43,728 nt of DNA, from the NCBI GenBank assembly GCA_032718475.1, contig JAUCBJ010003180.1:1-43728 (forward strand). Reading direction: 5' to 3'. The notes beneath the pieces are model-generated. The model had not been told where the DNA came from, ran no database searches, and worked only from the letters and a program-made list of their open reading frames with translations. The translations under genes and the position numbers were made by a program. Of the stretch, positions 37,213 through 43,728 are shown in pieces; position 1 is the first letter of the stretch; each line of letters begins with the position of its first letter. Origin of the DNA: Nemertoderma westbladi (Eukaryota; Animalia; Xenacoelomorpha).

Positions 37213-39359
37213 AGTAACAATGATTGAAGCATAATTTCGCATTTGCATTTTCAGCATTTGGCATAATGAAGGAAGTAAACATACAGAAGTAACGACATTC
37301 ATCACACTGCAAGAGGCATGTGTCAATTGCTCGGAAGAATCAACCAATATTGTAATTTTGCCTCTAGAAGATTGCAATGATTCTGAAACTGAGCAGGAAT
37401 GCCGAGATGATGACATGAACTTCGGGAGTTTCAAATTTCCTACTGTAAAATGGGGCTACATCAACATCTTACATTCTATTACGATCTATTACATTTCTAA
37501 AATTATTTACATTGCCTTCCTTAGCTTGATCAAGCACAGGTTGTTGTCATATTAGTGTTTAATAGAGTTATCAAATTTCAATTTCAAGGCATTGTTATAG
37601 TATATTTGGGATATTTGTATCACAATTTCTTAAAAATTTCTGCTGTGTTTCAAGTAGCCCTATGGGGTTACTTGAAACAACACTTTGATTTCAACATATA
37701 TAGCTTCTATTTTAACAAATTATTGTTCTATTTTGGACAAGTAAGGGGCTTCATATATCTATGTAGAGGTAATTACTAAACTCCAGGCATTTCTGGATCA
37801 GTGTCCAAATGAGGGGTTTAATGCCATGATGCAGTATAATACCACATATCTATTAGCTATAGTTTTTCTGCGGATTGGGATACGTCGCAATCGCGCCGAT
37901 TTTGTGTTATGCGCCCTTTTTAAATTTGCCCTGCTATTTTATATACATGGGCATAAGCACTACCAAAAGATGGTGGCATACTACAGTACGTTACACAATG
38001 GCTGTGTTTACAACTGAAAGTTTTACAATTTTTGGAAAGTGGAACATCCTATAAACGGACGCCGACTTCGACCAACGACCGATTTACTACCTATTAGAAG
38101 GTATTCACCAAATGCTAAAACACTTACACCCCCATGGTGTACCACGCAGTATGGGTAAGTGGGAGGAATTGTATGGGTTGGTGTAAACGAGCTGCGGAGC
38201 ACTTTATTACAGATAAACAAATCAACTCTTGGTAAATATACTACAGCAGTACTTCCAATAGTATTGATAAATACGCCCATAATAAACATATGTCAGCAAT
38301 AGCTGATAAATGGCAGGAAGTTGTTTTATCTCTGACCCCGCATTACCTTCTCCACCACGGGGTGTTGGAGGTACAGACAGAGCTGTCATCGCAGTTTAAT
38401 AATGTTAAATCCGTTAGTAGTATAGAATGCTATGACACGGCATCAAGGTCACCCGTAGCCCATCATTACCATCCATTTCTAGTACTGCAGCCAATCAGAA
38501 GCCACCATTTCAACCTTTACCAGTGGTCGTTATTATTTCAACCAATCAGATGACAGCATTTCATCCGTAACCATGGTAACTTCTCAAGTTCCCGCTTATT
38601 CCGCTAGAGGCGTTATTAGTCACCCAACGCTAGTACAGCATCCAATCACCAACCTTTATTTTACAGGTGTTCGAGTGTCTACACTTAGCATCAGGTAACG
38701 TCTACTATTTTTCAAATCGCTATTTTTCAGCGACCAGTATTTTCATATTTACCAACCTTTATTTTACAGACGCTAGGGATGTCTACAGGTAACTTCTACT
38801 ATTTTTCACCAGTAACTAAATTTAATTTTGCAATTTTTCAGAGAACAAAATATTCAACAGGGTTCGAACCCGGGACTGATATAACTCCTCACAACTCACC
38901 AATCACTCTTCCATCCAACCTCGAGAGAAAAAGGCGATAAATATCTGAGTTATACCATAGTCATTGAATTCTTCATCTTCATCACTGGTAGCAGATGATT
39001 ATAAATAGCTTCTAGTTCCTTAACATAATTACTATAGCGTAGAATACATTAATTCGACTATTAATAATAATCGATTTCTTTTATCGATGTAACTGATCGA
39101 TCAACTAAGTTGAATATAAGTTAGAATGATAGGGCTAGCATTGATTACGTTGCATCTGTTACACGTTACTGCTATTTCACTCTCTAACTCACGCTAATGT
39201 AATAAATTTAATTGGACACGTTGCATCTGTTACACGAAGCAACTATATTCCTCACTGTAAGTCACTCTGCTGTATTAAAGCAACCATATAAACAGAAGTT
39301 TTACAATCTAATAATCATTTATTTAGTTTTTATTTTTCAAAATAGTTTTCATTCTAATT

Positions 39360-40403
39360 ATGGATTTATTTAAAAAAACTTCAAGCAATACTTGGAAATT
39401 TACATTTAATAAATATACCTGTAGTATTGTTTATGGCAAGTACTTTATATTACTCTCAAGCGATAGCAATGTAACAACGTGCTTCTCTTACCAGGATACA
39501 CTCTACCTTCTAGACGTCTTAGAAATATTATTCAACCGACAAAAGGAATCACCAGTTTCAAGAGGTAATATTTATCCTAATATAGAATTTACAAGAGGAA
39601 AGTTAAATATTTCCACCTGTGTTATTACTGAAAACGTATATATTCAGAAGCAAGGCAAATGTCAAATTCTAAACAAATCACTCATTAATTTATTGCTTCA
39701 GAGTAAGACAGAAATATTAGAATTGTTATCACCACCACTCGAAATAATAAATCAGTGTTATGTTGTTAATTTAACCAACCCATCTTTTGTTGGTTTTGTA
39801 AGCAAATATAAAGGAGCGACTTATATGGGACTATGGGAGATTTCAGCTAGATATTCTGATGCTATTGGTCTTAGGTATTATAATGGGTTTAACTTAACAG
39901 CATCGGAAGTAAATTCATTGTGGTATGAATGGAATTATGAAATTAGTAACGAAGGTGTCTTTTCAGAGCTAGATACGGATGATAAAGCTTTATCTGACCG
40001 ACTTAAAGTAAAAATAAATGTACAAGAAAAAAAAGTAATTATTACAGACAAGGAAAGCAAATATTTACAGTTACATTACGATAAAGACATACCATATATA
40101 GAGTTTCTCTACGATATGATGTTAAAGGTTTCATCAACTGATATAGCAGACGGTTTCACGATTCTATATCCACCAACTTGGAAGTTTAAGGTTAATAAGT
40201 CATTTCCAGAAGTAGTTTCATCCACATTTAATCCAAAGACATACATCGAAGAGACCTCGAGTGATAGAAAGCGCAGATCTACATCTCAATCATCTTCCAT
40301 TCCCAACAATGATTCTATACCTACAAAGAAAATAAAAGTTACAAAAGCAAGTGAAGAGGTAGCAGATTACAATAAGGAACATATAAAAACAGTATCAGAT
40401 TGA
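39360..40403 (+). CDS. 347-aa protein upstream of pPolB, possible PC4-like ssDNA-binding protein
   Basis: Long open frame in AT-rich DNA with a TATA-like CATATAAA about 70 bp upstream. VSKYKGATYMGLWE...GFNLTASEVNSL resembles the PC4 pattern. Confidence 0.55.
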   Translation: MDLFKKTSSNTWKFTFNKYTCSIVYGKYFILLSSDSNVTTCFSYQDTLYLLDVLEILFNRQKESPVSRGNIYPNIEFTRGKLNISTCVITENVYIQKQGKCQILNKSLINLLLQSKTEILELLSPPLEIINQCYVVNLTNPSFVGFVSKYKGATYMGLWEISARYSDAIGLRYYNGFNLTASEVNSLWYEWNYEISNEGVFSELDTDDKALSDRLKVKINVQEKKVIITDKESKYLQLHYDKDIPYIEFLYDMMLKVSSTDIADGFTILYPPTWKFKVNKSFPEVVSSTFNPKTYIEETSSDRKRRSTSQSSSIPNNDSIPTKKIKVTKASEEVADYNKEHIKTVSD

Positions 40404-40966
40404 TTTATTATTAACTAGAGACTTTTCTTTTTCAGTTTCACACTGACTTGTAAAGGTAACTTTTTATCACAAAGCGTGATTATTATAAAGTATTTGCATG
40501 TAAAGGTGACTTTATTGAGTAAATATTGGTGATAGTTTATATTTAATGTGAGCACGGGATTAGGTATAAAACATTCGCATGTAAATGCGTGAGTTTACAC
40601 CACCATAATAAAACATTTGCATGTAAAACCTACTTTATCAATGAAAATTAAAAACGCATTATGTACATCTTGGTTTAGACTTGATTTTATTATAAAGAAT
40701 TCAGTTGTAAACTTTATTGGCAACTTTATTTATGATGTTAGTTTCCCAATGAAACTGTTATTTATGATTGGTTGGTCTAAGTAGAAACTTGAAATATATA
40801 TATAAAGAGCTCAACTGATTCAATCGAGCTCATTCTGAAAATATTAAATTAATTAAAGTTTAGATATTATATTTTATTTGTGTTGAGTAGCTTATGAATT
40901 TTTTTTGATTATATATATATAACAATATTCATATTAATTTTAAATTGTTTTTAGGATAATAAAGAT

Positions 40967-43728
40967 ATGGATAAACAATTGAAATGTCCATTTTGTCCTC
41001 TTCAAATTTCTAAACGAAATTATTTAACACATTTGAAATCGCATTTTGAAGAATACAATTGTTTTAATTGTCATGTGAAATGTTCACGTGAAGAAATATG
41101 TAAACGACATGAAACGACTACGGGATGTAAAGAAATGAAGTTTTGCGTGTATGAAAAAACTTGCCCTACTTGTAATAAAGAGTATTTATATGATAATTAT
41201 TTACGTCACAACTGTCACCAACGTTATTATCATGTTAGACCACCACAACGGAATCAAAACAATACTGTCGCATCTAGAAAAAGACTGAAATCTGGTCAAG
41301 GTCCATCAATTTTTAGCATCGAACGATCCGCACACGATAACCGTTTAGAAATCTATGTTTACAATCTTCCAAATGATGAAGATTTTCCTGATATTCATTC
41401 ATCATTAATTAAAATTCTTCCCCATATTAAAAACTTATTATTAGGAAAACTTAGCGAAATGAATGTACTTAGACCCTGGCTAGGTGTGAATATACTCATG
41501 TATCGATCACATTTTTCAGAGGGTGATCAAGAAGAAGCTTTCTATTTTAGTTCTTCAGGTGGTGCAGTTAATACCGTAGATTCACATGAAAGTTTTGACA
41601 CATGGTTTGAGTATGTATTAGAAAAATTAATGCAAAAAATAGCCATGTTTAACACTCGTGGCTCAGGGTGGCGCGTTAAATCTTTATTAAGAGTGGAAAT
41701 TAAAGTAGCTGAATCCAAGTGTAGGTCACTGGAATATAAGGGACACGGTTATATGGAGTTACCTAAGGCTCTAGTGTGTAAACAATGTGTTATAAATATA
41801 CAAACGGTTGATAATGATTGTTTTAAATGGGCAATTATAGCCACAAAATTTAGTAGCAAAGTGAAGATAAACAAAAACCGTACTTCGCAGTACAAAAATT
41901 ATATGAATCATTTTATTTTCGACAACGGTAACAAAGATTATCCAACAGAATGGCCGCTTGCAATTAAACTTTTTGAAAAACAGAATTCAGCATATATAAT
42001 TAATTTATTACTCTACGACAACAATCGAGTATCTATATTAAGACAAGCGCCATTTAGTAAAATCACTCCAGATAAAGAGTTATTGAATATATTACTTGTA
42101 AAAAATAAGAATACGAGTAAACAATCACATTATGTTTGCATAACTAACTTGAATCGATTGATGAATACAAGAGGTAAGCATATTGGATGTAGGAAATATT
42201 GCGAACGGTGTTTGTCGCATTTCTACAGAAATGTTCTAGAACGTCACCGTCTTGCTTGTTATCGAGGAAAAAGTCAAGTTGAGAAGCTACCGTCTGAAAA
42301 AAGAACTCACATTAGCTTTAGAAATTTAGACAGAACATTACCAGCATTGTTTGTAATATATTTTGACATAGAATCTATTTTGGAGCCAGCCAGCAACAGT
42401 AAATTTATTCAGAATCATATTCCATGCGCTGTAAGTTATTTAATTGTTCCTAGTGCCGAATTAATCAATCCACCAAAATTTTATTTGAAGACCTTTACAA
42501 AAACAATCGACAACAACTGTATTCAAGACTTTTTAGACTCTGTATATAATGACATCACTCAATTATATAAGTGGTCGGAAGACCACACAAGAGAGAGAAT
42601 GATACTAAATGATGTAGATAAGTTAAGTTTTTGGAAAGCTAAAACTTGCTTTTATTGCAATGTTTTATTTAAGGATAAGTCTGAGAAAAACAAACATCAC
42701 TCACATATTACTGGTAACTATATAGCAGCCGCTTGTAACGCATGTAACCGTTCTTTATCGTTGAAACGACACATGTATATACTCGCTGCACACAACTGCA
42801 ATCTCTACGATTTGCATTTTCTTTTACAAGTTGGTTTTACCAACAATAAATATTCTGATTGGGATATAAAGGTAATCCCTAAAAATTCTGAAAGGTATAT
42901 TTCACTAAGCATGCATATACCTGTGAAAGACTCAACAACTAAGATCGAGCTACGTGTCTTAGACACATATCAATTTTTATCCTTTTCCCTAAGTACTTTA
43001 GTTGATTGTTCAACAAAGGATATAGACAGCGAGGATATAACATCAGTTCTACCAATTACTGAACAGCAAATGAAATATTTTTATCCAAATTTAAATAATG
43101 CAACAATTAAACGAAAAGGTATATTTCCCTACGAGTACCTGACAGATTTAAATAAATTCAATGATTCGAAATTACCATCAATAGACAAATTTTATAGTAA
43201 ATTAACACAAAATACCTGTACACCCGAGGAATGAATATAGTTTCGCCAACGCATCATGGAGTCAGTTTGACTGTGTGAATCTCAAGGATTATCTTTTAGC
43301 ATACTTAAAACTCGATGTTTGTCTCCTCGCTGATATATTTGAGAACTTTAGGAGAGTGTGTAGACAAAACTACGAATTAGAAGTAGTTTATTATTGCAGT
43401 ATCGCAGCTTTCACTTATGATTGCGCCCTGAAATACAATAAATGTAAGTTAGCATTAATAAAAGATTACCAAACATATAGAGATTTTGAAGCATCTATTA
43501 GAGGTGGGGTTTCATTCTGTCGAAAGCATTACATAGAATCAAATATACCAGATACTGATAATTATGATCCAAGCAAGGAAGAGTGTCATATTTTCAATAT
43601 AGATTTTAATTCCTTGTATTCTGGTAATTTAAGTAAAAAGCTACCTGTTTCAGGGTTTGAACAAGTCAACGTTACATATTTAGAGAATGCTGCTCCAGAA
43701 GAACTAATAAAATATTTATCAAATCTTG
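40967..43728 (+). CDS. Polinton/adintovirus-type protein-primed DNA polymerase B (runs off the window; frameshift near 43230)
   Basis: N-terminal C2H2-like fingers, GSGW, INIQTVDNDCFKWAI, ExoI YFDIES, an inserted HSHITG...CN module, ExoII HN...YD, LDTYQFL and RKGIFPYEY. After the frameshift come YLKLDVCLLADIFENFR, IRGGVS and DFNSLYS. Confidence 0.92.

Noticed and set aside
35410-37434. 674-aa ORF as a single host gene
   Set aside because: Only 35599-37185 is PA coding sequence. The upstream residues read through flank and viral UTR, and the tail is unrelated flank.
38855-38935. GGGTTCGAACCC box-B palindrome as a tRNA or VA-like Pol III gene
   Set aside because: No convincing box A or cloverleaf could be built.
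1-43728. Strong single-strand orientation bias of all TE fragments
   Set aside because: Counting elements gives roughly equal plus and minus orientations, so bias cannot be used as direct evidence for a uni-strand piRNA cluster.

Overview
Gene-free, AT-rich eukaryotic (probably invertebrate animal) DNA made almost entirely of nested mobile elements. The standout is a pair of endogenous viral elements (EVEs) from the PA polymerase segment of an influenza-like (Orthomyxoviridae/Articulavirales) virus, both on the minus strand. Copy 1 (2325-4476) covers essentially the whole gene but is decayed. Copy 2 (35599-37212) is an open 529-codon 5' portion. Both end exactly at an influenza-like segment terminus (AGCAATAGCAAGAGGTT) and differ mainly at synonymous sites, which points to two independent captures. 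Copy 1 sits inside an RTE LINE with a 6-bp target-site duplication (TSD) and a 15-nt non-viral 5' extension that may be a cap-snatched host leader. The rest includes a BEL/Pao LTR element interrupted by a hAT (hATm-like) transposon, which itself holds a Helentron-type element and a 1.1-kb foldback. Also present are shuffled and duplicated RTE pieces with nested CRE-like and RTE insertions, a tRNA-derived SINE, a second hATm-like element, a tyrosine-recombinase remnant, a Neptune-type Penelope element with inverted repeats, a Ulp1-like ORF, and the start of a Polinton/adintovirus-like element (pPolB plus a possible PC4-like ORF). All family calls come from motif recognition by eye; no searches were run.
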